From: Burkholderiales bacterium
GTDB taxonomy: Bacteria > Pseudomonadota > Gammaproteobacteria > Burkholderiales > SG8-39
Assembly (NCBI GenBank): GCA_035550695.1
Contig: DASZOS010000051.1
Location: forward strand, 13,519-77,518
Length of the DNA: 64,000 bases
Direction: 5' to 3'
Part shown: positions 1-13,183 of the stretch, in pieces
Position numbering within the stretch: position 1 is the stretch's first letter
How the letters are laid out: each line of letters begins with the position of its first letter
The notes under the pieces: generated by a model
Database searches by the model: none
What the model saw: only the letters and a program-made list of their open reading frames with translations
Told to the model about the DNA's origin: nothing
Made by a program: the position numbers and the translations under genes

Positions 1-116
1 ATGAAGTTCCTGATGTCGAACACCCAGTCCGCGCGCGCCAAGTAGTCCGTTTTTCCGGATAAAATCAACAGTTTTGCGGGTCCGGGAGGGCGCATGACCT
101 CTCCGGAACCGGTTAC

Positions 117-2915
<2,799 letters not shown>

Positions 2916-4112
2916 ATGGCGGTGAATCTGTCGCCGCCGGACCCGGCCCGTCTGCATCGGGTCGCCGGCGTCGAGCTGGGCGTGGCGATGGCGGGCATCA
3001 GGAAGGCGAACCGCAGGGACCTTCTCGTCATGCGGCTTGCCGAGGGCGCGCGGGTTGCCGGGATTTTCACGCGCAACCGGTTCTGCGCCGCGCCGGTGAC
3101 GCTGTGCAGGAGGCGTCTCAAGAATGCCGTGCGCGCGCTCGTCGTCAATACCGGCAACGCCAACGCGGGAACCGGCGCCGACGGGCTGCGGCGTGCGAAC
3201 CGGGTCTGCGCCGCGCTCGCTGCGCAGCTTGGCTGCAGGCCGCAGCAGATCCTGCCGTTCTCGACCGGCGTCATCATGGAGCCGCTGCCCGACGAGCGCA
3301 TCATCGCTGAGCTGCCGCAGGCCGTGGAGAACGAAAGCGACTGGCTTTGCGCAGCGCAAGCCATCATGACGACCGACACAGTGCCGAAAGCCGCGTCGGC
3401 TAAGGTGAAGCTCTCAAGCGGCGAGGCGACGGTCACCGGAATTGCGAAGGGCGCCGGGATGATCCGGCCCGACATGGCGACCATGCTGGCGTTCGTCGCC
3501 ACCGACGCCAAGGTCGACGCCGCCAAGCTGCGCGCCATCTGCCGGCGCGCGGCCGATGCGTCGTTCAACTGCATCACGGTGGACGGCGATACCTCGACCA
3601 ACGATTCGTTCATCGTCGTCGCGAGCGGCGCCGGACCGGCGGCGGCATCGCCCAAGGATCTCGCGCTGCTCGGGGGTGCCGTCACCGACGTCGCGCGCCA
3701 GCTCGCGCAGGCGATCGTGCGCGACGGCGAGGGCGCGACCAAGTTCGTCACGGTGCGCGTCGCGCGCGGCCGCAGCGTCGAGGAATGCAGGCGCGTCGCG
3801 TATGCGATCGCGCATTCGCCGCTGGTGAAGACGGCATTTTTCGCCTCGGATCCGAACCTCGGAAGGATTCTCGCCGCCATCGGCAATTCGGGAATCGAGG
3901 TCGGAAACCTGAGCCTGTACATCGACGATGTGCTGGTCGCCACGCGCGGCGGCCGCAACCCGGGCTACCGCGAGGAGCAGGCCATCGCGGCGATGAAAAA
4001 GCCCGAGTTCACCGTGGGCGCGGTGCTCAACCGGGGCAAGGCCGAAGCGACGGTGTGGACTTGCGATCTTTCCTTCGACTACGTGAAAATCAACGCCGAG
4101 TACCGCACTTGA
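2916..4112 (+). CDS. argJ: bifunctional ornithine acetyltransferase / N-acetylglutamate synthase ArgJ
   Basis: 398-aa ORF starting right after the secA stop; ArgJ-family sequence including the autoprocessing region [11 protein letters not shown]. Confidence 0.95.
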   Translation: MAVNLSPPDPARLHRVAGVELGVAMAGIRKANRRDLLVMRLAEGARVAGIFTRNRFCAAPVTLCRRRLKNAVRALVVNTGNANAGTGADGLRRANRVCAALAAQLGCRPQQILPFSTGVIMEPLPDERIIAELPQAVENESDWLCAAQAIMTTDTVPKAASAKVKLSSGEATVTGIAKGAGMIRPDMATMLAFVATDAKVDAAKLRAICRRAADASFNCITVDGDTSTNDSFIVVASGAGPAAASPKDLALLGGAVTDVARQLAQAIVRDGEGATKFVTVRVARGRSVEECRRVAYAIAHSPLVKTAFFASDPNLGRILAAIGNSGIEVGNLSLYIDDVLVATRGGRNPGYREEQAIAAMKKPEFTVGAVLNRGKAEATVWTCDLSFDYVKINAEYRT

Positions 4113-4963
4113 ACAAGGACCTGGAGCAGATCCTGGAGAGGCTGGCCGAGATCCTGCCGGCGCCTGCGCGGGAGACCGACTGGTCGGCGAGCGTGGCAAT
4201 GCGCTGGCGCAGCGCCGGCCGGCGAGGGGCTCCGGGCTGGCTGCAGCCGGTGCGCCACATCCATCGCATCCGCCTTTCCGACCTGCGCGGGATCGACAAG
4301 CAGATCGCGCGCGTCGAGCAGAACACGCGGCAGTTCCTCGACGGCAGGCCGGCAAACAACGTGCTGCTTACCGGGGCGCGCGGCACGGGCAAGTCTTCCA
4401 TCATCAAGGGCCTGCTCAACAAGTACGCAAGGCAGGGCCTGCGGCTCATCGAGGTGGAGAAGAACGACCTCGTCGACCTGCCGTTCATCGTCGATCAGGT
4501 CGCTTCGCGCAAGGAGCGCTTCATCCTGTTCTGCGACGACCTCACCTTCCACGGCGCCGAGGAAGGGTACATCGCCCTCAAGGTGGCGCTCGACGGCTCG
4601 ATTTCCACCACCTCCGAGAACCTGCTCATCTGTGCCACGTCCAACCGGCGCCACCTGATGCCGGAGTACATGGCCGAGAACCTCGAGACCCGCTACGTGG
4701 GCGAGGAAATCCATCCCGGCGAGACGGTGGAGGAAAAGATCTCCCTCTCGGAGCGCTTCGGCCTGTGGGTGAGCTTCTATCCTTTCGACCAGGACGAGTA
4801 TCTCGACATCGTCGGCCACTGGCTCAAGCACTTCGGCGTCTCCACGAGCGAGAAATCGAAGGAGGAGGCGTTGCAGTGGGCGCTGCAGAAAGGCTCGCGC
4901 AGTGGCCGGGTGGCCTACCAATTCGCACGCGACTGGGCTGGTCGGCATTTCAAGAAGCGCTGA
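4109..4963 (+). CDS. DUF815-type AAA ATPase
   Basis: TTG at 4109 overlaps the argJ stop; Walker [10 protein letters not shown], Walker B FILFCDDL; the longer ORF from 3785 is out-of-frame overlap with argJ. Confidence 0.8.
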   Translation: MNKDLEQILERLAEILPAPARETDWSASVAMRWRSAGRRGAPGWLQPVRHIHRIRLSDLRGIDKQIARVEQNTRQFLDGRPANNVLLTGARGTGKSSIIKGLLNKYARQGLRLIEVEKNDLVDLPFIVDQVASRKERFILFCDDLTFHGAEEGYIALKVALDGSISTTSENLLICATSNRRHLMPEYMAENLETRYVGEEIHPGETVEEKISLSERFGLWVSFYPFDQDEYLDIVGHWLKHFGVSTSEKSKEEALQWALQKGSRSGRVAYQFARDWAGRHFKKR

Positions 4964-5867
4964 TATCGTTGAAGTAGCGGCCGCCGTGATCCAGCGCGGC
5001 GACGGCTCGTTCCTGCTTGCGCAGCGGCCAGACGGCAAGGTGTACGCCGGCTACTGGGAATTTCCCGGCGGCAAGGTCGAGCCAGGCGAGCCCGTCGCCG
5101 CGGCGCTCGCTCGCGAGCTCCACGAGGAGCTCGGGATCGATGTTCAGCAATGCTATCCCTGGATCACCCGGACCTTTACGTATCCACATGCCAGGGTACG
5201 TCTGAACTTTTTCCGGGTCACGCGATGGAGCGGCGAGCCGCATCCGAAAGAAGACCAGGCGATCGCCTGGCAGCCGCCGGGTGTGACGATGGCTGCGCCA
5301 ATGCTGCCGGCGAATGCGCCGGTGCTCGCCTCCCTGCAACTGCCATGGGAATATGCCATCAGCGACGCCGCGCGACTCGGCACCGCGGTGATGCTTGACA
5401 AGCTCGGGCGCCGGCTGGAGCAAGGATTGAAGCTCGTGCAGGTGCGCGAGCCTGGTCTGAACTTCGAAGAAAGAAAGGTCTTCAGCGAAAGCGCGATCGG
5501 GCTGGCCCGCCGCTACGGCTGCAAGGTCATGGTCAAGCAGCCGTTCCCCGGCGCCGATGGGTTGCACTTCACGGCTTCGGAGCTTATGGCTTTGAAGGAG
5601 AAACCGTCCACCGGCCTGGTGGCCGCGTCCTGCCATAGCCGCCAAGAGCTCGAGCACGCCATGGAGCTCGAATGCGACTTCGTGGTGCTCGGGCCGGTGA
5701 AGGAGAAGGGGGGACGCCCGCCCCTCGGATGGGAGCGCTTTGGGCAGATCGCGCGCGGCGCGAGCATGCCGGTGTACGCGATCGGCGGCCTGGCGCGCGC
5801 CGATCTCGAGGACGCGTGGCGCGCGGGCGCACACGGCCTCGCTATGATTCGCGGCGCTTGGAGCTAG
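4902..5867 (+). CDS. Nudix hydrolase (MutT-like) fused to ThiE/TMP-synthase-like domain
   Basis: Nudix box [23 protein letters not shown]; C-terminal TIM-barrel-like part (VYAIGGL); start ambiguous (4902, or GTG at 4986). Confidence 0.85.
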   Translation: MAGWPTNSHATGLVGISRSADIVEVAAAVIQRGDGSFLLAQRPDGKVYAGYWEFPGGKVEPGEPVAAALARELHEELGIDVQQCYPWITRTFTYPHARVRLNFFRVTRWSGEPHPKEDQAIAWQPPGVTMAAPMLPANAPVLASLQLPWEYAISDAARLGTAVMLDKLGRRLEQGLKLVQVREPGLNFEERKVFSESAIGLARRYGCKVMVKQPFPGADGLHFTASELMALKEKPSTGLVAASCHSRQELEHAMELECDFVVLGPVKEKGGRPPLGWERFGQIARGASMPVYAIGGLARADLEDAWRAGAHGLAMIRGAWS

Positions 5868-6036
5868 GCTCTTCCTCTTCCTCCGAGGTCTGATCTTCCG
5901 CGGGCATGCGGTAGGACTCCGTTGCCCAGGCGCCGAGGTCGATCATCTTGCAGCGCTCGCTGCAGAACGGGCGCCACTTGTTGTCGGGCGCGAAGGCCGT
6001 CAGCTTGCCGCAGCGCGGGCAGGCAACGTTCTTCAC
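5842..6036 (-). CDS. yacG: DNA gyrase inhibitor YacG (zinc ribbon)
   Basis: 64 aa; CPRCG...[13 protein letters not shown], acidic tail; conserved position next to zapD/coaE. Confidence 0.9.
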   Translation of the reverse strand: MKNVACPRCGKLTAFAPDNKWRPFCSERCKMIDLGAWATESYRMPAEDQTSEEEEEPSSKRRES

Positions 6037-6791
6037 AGGTTGCAGAAGGTCAGCTCGAACGCGACGTCCCAGTCGGCGGTCCGCTGCCGCAGATCTTCAC
6101 CGTTCTGGGCGATGAAGCGAATGTTCAGCACATACTTGTTGGCGCTAATCTCCGGCACGCAAGGGGTTGCGCGCTCGAGCCGAAGCCGCAGCATCTGTGC
6201 CGTGCGGCCGCCGAGCATCTGCTGGAACATGCCTTGCTGCGCGCACAGCGTCTGCGGCTTGCCCGACTCGCGCAGGATCCGCAGGATGATGGCGGAGCCG
6301 TCGCGCAGCGGGTAGAGCGGCCCGGTCCAGGCGGCAAGCTGGCCGGTGCGCTCCGCGGCCGGCCGGTGCAGCCAGTAATGATACGAGGGAAGGTCGAACT
6401 CGCAGGCGCCGCCGGGAATGCCGGTGCGCTGCTTGATCGACATCAGCCAGTCGTTCTCGCGCAGGTACTGTCCGATCTTGCCGGTCATCGAGAATAGGGC
6501 CGCCGACGCCTGCTCGATATCGCGCAGCACGCTCGCCAGCGCCTCTTCGGCGATATCCGGGTTGTTCCTGAAGGAAAGGAGCACCTGCTTCTGGCGCTCC
6601 AGCTCCTGCAGCAGGTCCGACTTGAGATCCGCGCGGCTCGAGACCTCGAGGATCTCGAACAACGTGAGCAGCGCCATGTGGTGGTCGTGCGGGTCGGTGC
6701 GCGCGATGAAATGGCGCGAGCGCTCGAACAGGTCTTCCAGGCGCAGCAGCGTGCGGATGCGCTCGTTGAGCGGATATTCGTAGGTGATCAC
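6033..6791 (-). CDS. zapD: cell division protein ZapD
   Basis: N-terminus [18 protein letters not shown] is typical of ZapD; GTG at 6791 preferred, and the longest ORF would start at 6845. Confidence 0.85.
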   Translation of the reverse strand: MITYEYPLNERIRTLLRLEDLFERSRHFIARTDPHDHHMALLTLFEILEVSSRADLKSDLLQELERQKQVLLSFRNNPDIAEEALASVLRDIEQASAALFSMTGKIGQYLRENDWLMSIKQRTGIPGGACEFDLPSYHYWLHRPAAERTGQLAAWTGPLYPLRDGSAIILRILRESGKPQTLCAQQGMFQQMLGGRTAQMLRLRLERATPCVPEISANKYVLNIRFIAQNGEDLRQRTADWDVAFELTFCNL

Positions 6792-6848
6792 TGAATCTTC
6801 ACCGCGTGAGCCTGCCGGATTCTGAGCGATTTGCGCTCGCAGCACAAC

Positions 6849-7460
6849 TTAAGTCGGCTTCGCCTTGCTGTATTCAAGGTACCTCTGGTGCAACGCGGCC
6901 ACCTGTTTGCGCAATGCATCGAGGCTGCCGCTGTTGTCGATGACATCGTCGGCAGCGGCAAGGCGCTCGGCGCGGCTCGCCTGGCTGGCAAGGATCGCGC
7001 GCACTTCGGCCTCTGCGAGCCCACTGCGGGCGCGCACCCGGGCGATCTGGAGCGCTTCGGGGCAATCGACAACCAGTACGCGGTCCACGCGACTCCCGTA
7101 GTCGGCCGATTCCACAAGCAGCGGCACCACGTGCAGCGCGTAAGGTCCCTTTGCGGCTGCGATGCGCCGGCGCGATTCGTCGCGAATCATCGGATGCAGC
7201 AGCGCCTCGAGCGCCTTTTTCGCCACCGGGTCGGCGAATACGCGCGCGCGCACCTTGGCGCGGTCCATGGCCCCGTCGGCGCCGATGACCTCCTTGCCGA
7301 ATAGCCGCTGCACCTTGGCGATCGCGGCCCCGCCGGTCGCCGTGAGCTCGTGCGCGATCGCGTCGGTGTCGACCACCGTCGCCCCCAGGCGCGCGAACTC
7401 CTCGGCGGCCGCGCTCTTGCCGCTACCGATTCCGCCGGTGAGGCCGACCACGAAGCTCAT
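6849..7460 (-). CDS. coaE: dephospho-CoA kinase
   Basis: MSFVVGLTGGIGSGKS P-loop start at 7460; the upstream part of the 331-aa ORF overlaps pilD out of frame. Confidence 0.93.
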   Translation of the reverse strand: MSFVVGLTGGIGSGKSAAAEEFARLGATVVDTDAIAHELTATGGAAIAKVQRLFGKEVIGADGAMDRAKVRARVFADPVAKKALEALLHPMIRDESRRRIAAAKGPYALHVVPLLVESADYGSRVDRVLVVDCPEALQIARVRARSGLAEAEVRAILASQASRAERLAAADDVIDNSGSLDALRKQVAALHQRYLEYSKAKPT

Positions 7461-8329
7461 CCCGCGAGGCGCAGCGCCGGGAGACGCTGCAGGATGCCCG
7501 GTCCCCAGAACATGGCGACGATGCCGGCGAAGGCCAGGTAGGGCCCGAAGTGGAACTTGAACTTCCAGTCCCAGCCACGTCGTGCCGCGAACATCTGCAG
7601 CGAGCCGAACACCAGCCCCACCACCGAGGAAAGGAGGATCACAAGCGGGAGCAGCTTCCAGCCGAGGAAGGCGCCCACCGCGGCGTAGAGCTTGAAGTCG
7701 CCGTAGCCCATGCCGTCCACGCCGCGCAGCGCCTTGAATCCCGCGTTGACGCACCACAGGAAGAGATACGCAGCCGCCGCCCCGATAACCGCGTCGCGCA
7801 ACGGAACAAAGCCGCCGGCGAGGTTCACCAGCAATCCGATCCACATCAGCGGCAGCGTGAGGTCGTCGGGCAGGTAGCCAGTCTGCTGATCGATGAAGGC
7901 GAGGGCGATGGTGAACCAGGCGAAAATGGCGGCCGCCACGGCGTTAAGGGTCGGTCCGAAACGCCACGCGGCGTAGGCGGCGGCGGCTCCGGCGAGGAGT
8001 TCCACCAGAGGATATCGGACGCTGATCCGCGCGCGGCAGGCCGAGCACCTCCCCCGCAGCGCGAGCCAGCTGACCAGCGGAATGTTTTCCCACGGCCGGA
8101 TGCGATGGCCGCATGCCGGGCAGGCCGAGCGCGGAACGACGAGGTTGTAGCGCTCCTCGGGTGCTGCGGCCCCGCCAGCGAGCTCGGCGCACTGGGCGCG
8201 CCATTCGCGCTCCATCATGCGCGGCAGCCGATAGATGACGACGTTCAGGAACGACCCGACGCACAGCCCGAGCACGAGTGCCAGCCAAGTAAACGCGGCT
8301 GGCTGAGCGAGCCAGCCCAAACTAGCCAT
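7457..8329 (-). CDS. pilD: prepilin peptidase / N-methyltransferase (A24 family)
   Basis: 290 aa; CPACGHRIRPWENIPLVSWL Cys motif, polytopic membrane protein, GYGDFKL active-site region. Confidence 0.93.
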   Translation of the reverse strand: MASLGWLAQPAAFTWLALVLGLCVGSFLNVVIYRLPRMMEREWRAQCAELAGGAAAPEERYNLVVPRSACPACGHRIRPWENIPLVSWLALRGRCSACRARISVRYPLVELLAGAAAAYAAWRFGPTLNAVAAAIFAWFTIALAFIDQQTGYLPDDLTLPLMWIGLLVNLAGGFVPLRDAVIGAAAAYLFLWCVNAGFKALRGVDGMGYGDFKLYAAVGAFLGWKLLPLVILLSSVVGLVFGSLQMFAARRGWDWKFKFHFGPYLAFAGIVAMFWGPGILQRLPALRLAG

Positions 8330-8332
8330 CGC

Positions 8333-9553
8333 CTAGATGGCCGCGCCGAGCTTGAAGATCGGCAGGTACATCGCGACCACCATGCCGCCGATGAGCGTGC
8401 CGAGCACCACCATGATGATCGGCTCCATCAGGGACGAGAGCGCTTCGACTGCATCGTCGACCTCGGCCTCGTAGAAATCGGCCACCTTCGAAAGCATCGC
8501 GTCGAGCGCTCCGGTCTCCTCGCCGATGGAGCACATCTGGATGACCATGGGCGGGAACACATTCGCGTTCTGCATGGCTGCGTTGAGCGACGTACCGGTC
8601 GCCACCTCGCTCTGGATCTGCTTGGTGGCCGCCTGGTAGACGTAGTTGCCCGCGGCGCCCCCCACCGAGTCGAGAGCCTCCACGAGCGGCACGCCGGCGG
8701 CGAACATGGTCGAAAGCGTCCGCGTCCAGCGCGCGATGGCCGACTTGCGCACCAGTTCGCCGAAGATCGGCATGCGCAGCATCAAGCGGTCCATGAAGAT
8801 CTGCACTGGCACGGAGCGCTTCCAGGTCTCGAGGAACCCCCAGATCGCGCCGATGAGAGCGGGGAAGATGATGTACCAGTAGTCGACGAACCAGTCCGAG
8901 ATGGCCATCACCACCAGCGTCGGCGCCGGAAGGTCCGCGCCGAAACTGCTGAATACCTGCTTGAACGCGGGGATTACGAAAATCATGATAACCGCGGTGA
9001 TGATGATCGCCACCGCGACGATCGCCACGGGATAGAACAGCGCCGACTTGATCTTGGACTTGATCGCCAAGATCTTTTCCTTGTACGTGGCGAGACGATC
9101 GAGCAGGCTTTCAAGAATGCCCGCCTGCTCGCCGGCCTGCACCAGGTTGCAGAACAGCGCGTCGAAGTACAGCGGATACTTGCGGAACGCGGCGGCGAGC
9201 GACGAGCCGGTCTCCACTTCGGTCTTGATTTCGCCGAGGAGCTTGGCGACCGCGGCGTTGGTGGCGCCCTTGCTCACGATCTCGAACGATTGCAGCAGCG
9301 GCACGCCGGCCTTCATCATCGTCGCGAGCTGGCGGGTAAAGAGCGAGATGTCCTTTTCGGTGACCTTGCCGCCCAGCCCCTTGCGGTGCTTCTTGACCCG
9401 GGTGACCAGGATGCCCTGCCGGCGCAGCGTGGCATTGACCACGGCTACGCTGCTCGCGCGTATGTCGCCACGGATCGTCTTGCCCGCTTTGTCCTTTCCC
9501 TCCCAGGAAAAGGTGGCTTCCTTGCCCTTCGCAACCGCCGCTGCCGTCGCCAT
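8333..9553 (-). CDS. pilC: type IV pilus assembly platform protein PilC (GspF family)
   Basis: 406 aa with two GspF-type repeats; directly upstream of pilD. Confidence 0.93.
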   Translation of the reverse strand: MATAAAVAKGKEATFSWEGKDKAGKTIRGDIRASSVAVVNATLRRQGILVTRVKKHRKGLGGKVTEKDISLFTRQLATMMKAGVPLLQSFEIVSKGATNAAVAKLLGEIKTEVETGSSLAAAFRKYPLYFDALFCNLVQAGEQAGILESLLDRLATYKEKILAIKSKIKSALFYPVAIVAVAIIITAVIMIFVIPAFKQVFSSFGADLPAPTLVVMAISDWFVDYWYIIFPALIGAIWGFLETWKRSVPVQIFMDRLMLRMPIFGELVRKSAIARWTRTLSTMFAAGVPLVEALDSVGGAAGNYVYQAATKQIQSEVATGTSLNAAMQNANVFPPMVIQMCSIGEETGALDAMLSKVADFYEAEVDDAVEALSSLMEPIIMVVLGTLIGGMVVAMYLPIFKLGAAI

Positions 9554-9631
9554 CCGCGCTCGCTCCCTTCGTTGACCCCCGCGCGCAGCATAGCGCCGCG
9601 AGAGCCTTTTGTGAAGGCTTAAGTCCCGCTT

Positions 9632-10951
9632 CTAAGCTTCTGACGCCTCGGTATTTTCTACCGATTCCGGGGGGCGGAAAATGCGCACGGTTTTGACCGT
9701 CCGGCCCTGCGCGTGAACGATTTCCATCGGTACATTGTTGATCTTGATCGAGACGTCGGCCTCCGGGATGTCCTGCAGGTGCTCGACGATGAGCCCGTTG
9801 AGCGTCTTAGGTCCGTCGGTCGGAAGCGACAGTCCGAGCGCGCGGTTCACCTCGCGCACCGGCGTCGCGCCATCGGCGGTGGCGGCGCCGCTGCGGTCCC
9901 AGGCGAGCGCGATGGCCGCGGGCAGCGAGGTGGTGAACTTGCCGATGATCTCCTCGATGATGTCCTCGAGCGTCACCAGTCCCATCAGCTCGCCGTATTC
10001 ATCGACCACCAGCGCGATGCGCTCCTTGTTCTCCTGGAAGTACTGCAGCTGTGTGAGCACCGTGGTCCCGGCGGGCACGAAATACGGCTCCTCCAGAACC
10101 TCGAGGATGGCCTGCTCGTCGAGCCCTCCCGAATGCAGGGCGCCGAGGATGCGGCGCAGGTGCAGCACGCCGGCGAGCTCTCCTTCCCGGTTGCGGAATA
10201 CCGGCAGGCGCATGTGGTAGCTGGTCGCCAGCTTGTGCGACACGGTTTCCATCCCCTCCTCGAGGATCACCGACTCCACGCGCGAGCGCGGCACCATGAT
10301 GTCCTCGACCGTCACGTTGCCCAGGTCGAACAGGTTGAGCAGGATGGAGACGTGTTTCTTCGGCATGAAGTTCGACGACTCCAGGACGACGGTGCGGATT
10401 TCCTCGGGCGACATCGGCTGGGCGCCGGCCTCGGGAGCGCGCAGGCGGAACAGCTTCAGCAGCGGGCGCAGGATGACTTCGGTGGAGTTGGTCAGCAGAT
10501 GCACGAACGGCGCCGAAATGACGGCGAGCACGCGCATCGGCCAGGCAACCAGCCGCGCGATGCCTTCGGCGTTCAGCTGTCCGAGCCGCTTGGGTACCAG
10601 CTCGCCGACGACGATCGAGGCGTAGGTCACGCCGATCACTACTCCCGACGTGGCGACGATCGAGGCGGCCTTGCGCTCCAGGCCGAGCGACTGCAGCCAA
10701 GCGGCGAGCGGGCCGGCAAGCAGCGCTTCGCCGAAGATCCCGTTCAGCAGGCCGATCGACGTGATGCCGATCTGGATGGTGGACAGGAAGCGCGTCGGAT
10801 GCTCGGCGAGGTTTATCGCGGCCGATGCCAGGGCGTCGCCCTGATGCGCCCGCGTCGCGAGGCGCGGCCTGCGCGCCGTGAGCAGGGCCACCTCCGACAT
10901 GGCGAACAGGCCGTTGAGCACGATGAGGCTGGCAAGAATCAGGATGTCCAT
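9632..10951 (-). CDS. HlyC/CorC family transporter (DUF21-CBS pair-CorC_HlyC)
   Basis: 439 aa; N-terminal DUF21 membrane domain (LNGLFAMSEVAL), CBS region, C-terminal CorC domain. Confidence 0.88.
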   Translation of the reverse strand: MDILILASLIVLNGLFAMSEVALLTARRPRLATRAHQGDALASAAINLAEHPTRFLSTIQIGITSIGLLNGIFGEALLAGPLAAWLQSLGLERKAASIVATSGVVIGVTYASIVVGELVPKRLGQLNAEGIARLVAWPMRVLAVISAPFVHLLTNSTEVILRPLLKLFRLRAPEAGAQPMSPEEIRTVVLESSNFMPKKHVSILLNLFDLGNVTVEDIMVPRSRVESVILEEGMETVSHKLATSYHMRLPVFRNREGELAGVLHLRRILGALHSGGLDEQAILEVLEEPYFVPAGTTVLTQLQYFQENKERIALVVDEYGELMGLVTLEDIIEEIIGKFTTSLPAAIALAWDRSGAATADGATPVREVNRALGLSLPTDGPKTLNGLIVEHLQDIPEADVSIKINNVPMEIVHAQGRTVKTVRIFRPPESVENTEASEA

Positions 10952-10974
10952 GCGTTCACCTCACGGCACAGCGG

Positions 10975-11814
10975 TCACGCGCGCTGGAGGACCACTTCCA
11001 GCACGAAACGGCTGCCCACGTACGCGAGCAGCAGCATGAGAAACCCGGTTAGCGTCCAGCGCACGGCGGTGCGCCCGCGCCAGCCGTAGAGCGCGCGGCC
11101 GGCGAGCAGCAGGCCGAAAGTCAGCCACGAGAGCACCGCGAACACGGTCTTGTGGTCTGCGCGCAGCGGCCGCCCGAACAGGGTCTCGGAGAACGCGATG
11201 CCGGTCGCGAGCGTGAGCGTCAGGAACACGAATGCTGCGCCGATCACGCGAAACAGCAGCTTCTCCAAGGTGAGTAGCGGGGGCAGGTTGGAGATCAGCG
11301 GCGATCCCTTGCCGTGCAGCTGGCGCTCGGCCACCGCCATCAGCGTGGCGTGCAGCAGCGCGATCACGAACAGGCTGTAGGCGACCATCGCCAGCCCAAG
11401 GTGCAGCTTGAACCCGACCGCCTGCGCATGCGCCACGCTGGAGGCGAGCCCAGGAAAGACCGCCGGCAGCGGCACCGCGATCGCGGCGAGCGGCAGCACC
11501 AGCGGCTGCATGCCCTCGAGGTCGTAGAAAAGGCTCTCGATCCAGTAGATCGCGACGCCGAGCCACATCATCACCGAGAGCGCCTGCGCGAAGCCGAAGT
11601 GCAGCTCGCGGGCGAACACGCCCTGGTAGAGCACCCAGCCGTGCAGCGCGAGGGGAACGAGCAGGGCGCTGCGCTCCCAGGCCTCCAGGCCGCGGCGCGC
11701 CGCAGGCTCGGCTTCGGCAAGTCGGCGGCGGTTGCGCCAGCGCGTGTTCCAGAAGTGCCACGCCAAGCCCACGTACATGGCCGAGGCGATGCCGTGAATT
11801 ACAATGTCGGGCAC
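10975..11814 (-). CDS. cytochrome c assembly family inner membrane protein (YpjD/CcsA-like)
   Basis: 279-aa polytopic protein, GTG start; divergent from ffh as in many proteobacteria. Confidence 0.75.
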   Translation of the reverse strand: MPDIVIHGIASAMYVGLAWHFWNTRWRNRRRLAEAEPAARRGLEAWERSALLVPLALHGWVLYQGVFARELHFGFAQALSVMMWLGVAIYWIESLFYDLEGMQPLVLPLAAIAVPLPAVFPGLASSVAHAQAVGFKLHLGLAMVAYSLFVIALLHATLMAVAERQLHGKGSPLISNLPPLLTLEKLLFRVIGAAFVFLTLTLATGIAFSETLFGRPLRADHKTVFAVLSWLTFGLLLAGRALYGWRGRTAVRWTLTGFLMLLLAYVGSRFVLEVVLQRA

Positions 11815-11833
11815 CTCCCCAGTCTATCACTCC

Positions 11834-13183
11834 ATGCTCGACAACCTGACTGCGCGCCTCACGCAGATCGTAAAGCACATCCGCGGCGAAGCGCGCCTGA
11901 GCGAAGCCAATATCCAGGAAGCGCTGCGCGAAGTGCGCATCGCGCTGCTCGAGGCGGACGTGGCGCTTCCCGTCGTGAAGCACTTCATCGACGCGGTGCG
12001 ATCGAAAGCCCTGGGCGAGGAAGTGGTCGGCAGCCTGACGCCCGGGCAGGCGCTCGTCGGCGTCGTGCACCGCGAGCTCACCAGGCTGATGGGCGAGGCG
12101 AACGTCGGCCTCGATCTCGCGGTCCAGCCGCCGGCGGTCATCCTGATGGCGGGCTTGCAGGGCTCGGGCAAGACCACCACCACCGGCAAGCTCGCCATGC
12201 TGCTCGCTGCCGGCAAGAAGAAAGTGGCGGTGGTGTCGTGCGACGTGTACCGGCCCGCCGCCATCGAGCAGCTGAAGACCGTTGCAGGCCAGGCGGGCGT
12301 CTCCTTTATTGAATCAAACGTTGGAGAAAATCCCGTAGACATCGCGCGCCGGGCCATCGACCACGCGCGCACGCACTACATGGACGTGCTCATCGTCGAC
12401 ACCGCCGGGCGGCTCGCCATCGACGAGGAGATGATGCGCGAGATCGCCGAGCTGCATGCCGCGGTGAAGCCGGTCGAGACGCTCTTCATCGTCGACGCGA
12501 TGCAGGGGCAGGACGCTGTCAATGTTGCGCGCGCGTTCAACGAGCGGCTGCCGCTCACCGGCGTGATTCTCACCAAGCTCGACGGCGACGCGCGCGGCGG
12601 CGCCGCGCTCTCGGTGCGCCATGTCACCGGCAAGCCGATCAAGTTCGCCGGCGTGGGCGAGAAGCTCTCCGGCATCGAGCCGTTCCATCCCGAGCGCATG
12701 GCGGCGCGCGTCCTGGGCATGGGCGACATCCTGTCGCTCGTGGAGGAGGCGCACGCCAAGGTCGACCTCGAGGAAGCGAAGAAGATTGCCGACAAGGTCC
12801 GCAAGGGCAAGGCGTTCGACCTGGAAGACTTCAAGTCGCAAATCTCGCAGATGAAGAAGATGGGCGGCGTCGCCTCGCTCATCGACAAGCTGCCGGCCCA
12901 GCTCGTCGGCCAGATCAACCCGGCGCAGCTCCAGGACGACAAGCAGTTCCGCCGCATCGAGGGCATCATCAACGCGATGACGCCGCAGGAGCGCGCCAAG
13001 CCCGAGCTCATCAAGGCCTCGCGCAAGCGCCGCATCGCCGCCGGCGCCGGCGTGCCGGTGCAGGCCGTGAACCAGCTCCTCAACCAGTTCGAGCAGATGC
13101 AGAAGATGATGAAGATGATGAAGGGCGGCAATCTCCAGCGGATGATGCGCAACATGAAGGGCATGCTGCCCGGAATGCGCTAG
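11834..13183 (+). CDS. ffh: signal recognition particle protein Ffh
   Basis: MLDNLTARL start; GLQGSGKTTT, DTAGR; Met-rich M domain at the C-terminus. Confidence 0.96.
   Translation: MLDNLTARLTQIVKHIRGEARLSEANIQEALREVRIALLEADVALPVVKHFIDAVRSKALGEEVVGSLTPGQALVGVVHRELTRLMGEANVGLDLAVQPPAVILMAGLQGSGKTTTTGKLAMLLAAGKKKVAVVSCDVYRPAAIEQLKTVAGQAGVSFIESNVGENPVDIARRAIDHARTHYMDVLIVDTAGRLAIDEEMMREIAELHAAVKPVETLFIVDAMQGQDAVNVARAFNERLPLTGVILTKLDGDARGGAALSVRHVTGKPIKFAGVGEKLSGIEPFHPERMAARVLGMGDILSLVEEAHAKVDLEEAKKIADKVRKGKAFDLEDFKSQISQMKKMGGVASLIDKLPAQLVGQINPAQLQDDKQFRRIEGIINAMTPQERAKPELIKASRKRRIAAGAGVPVQAVNQLLNQFEQMQKMMKMMKGGNLQRMMRNMKGMLPGMR

Noticed and set aside
1-45. Possible 3' end of an upstream plus-strand CDS (...MKFLMSNTQSARAK*).
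   Set aside because: Only 14 codons are visible, which is too short to identify or to separate from chance.
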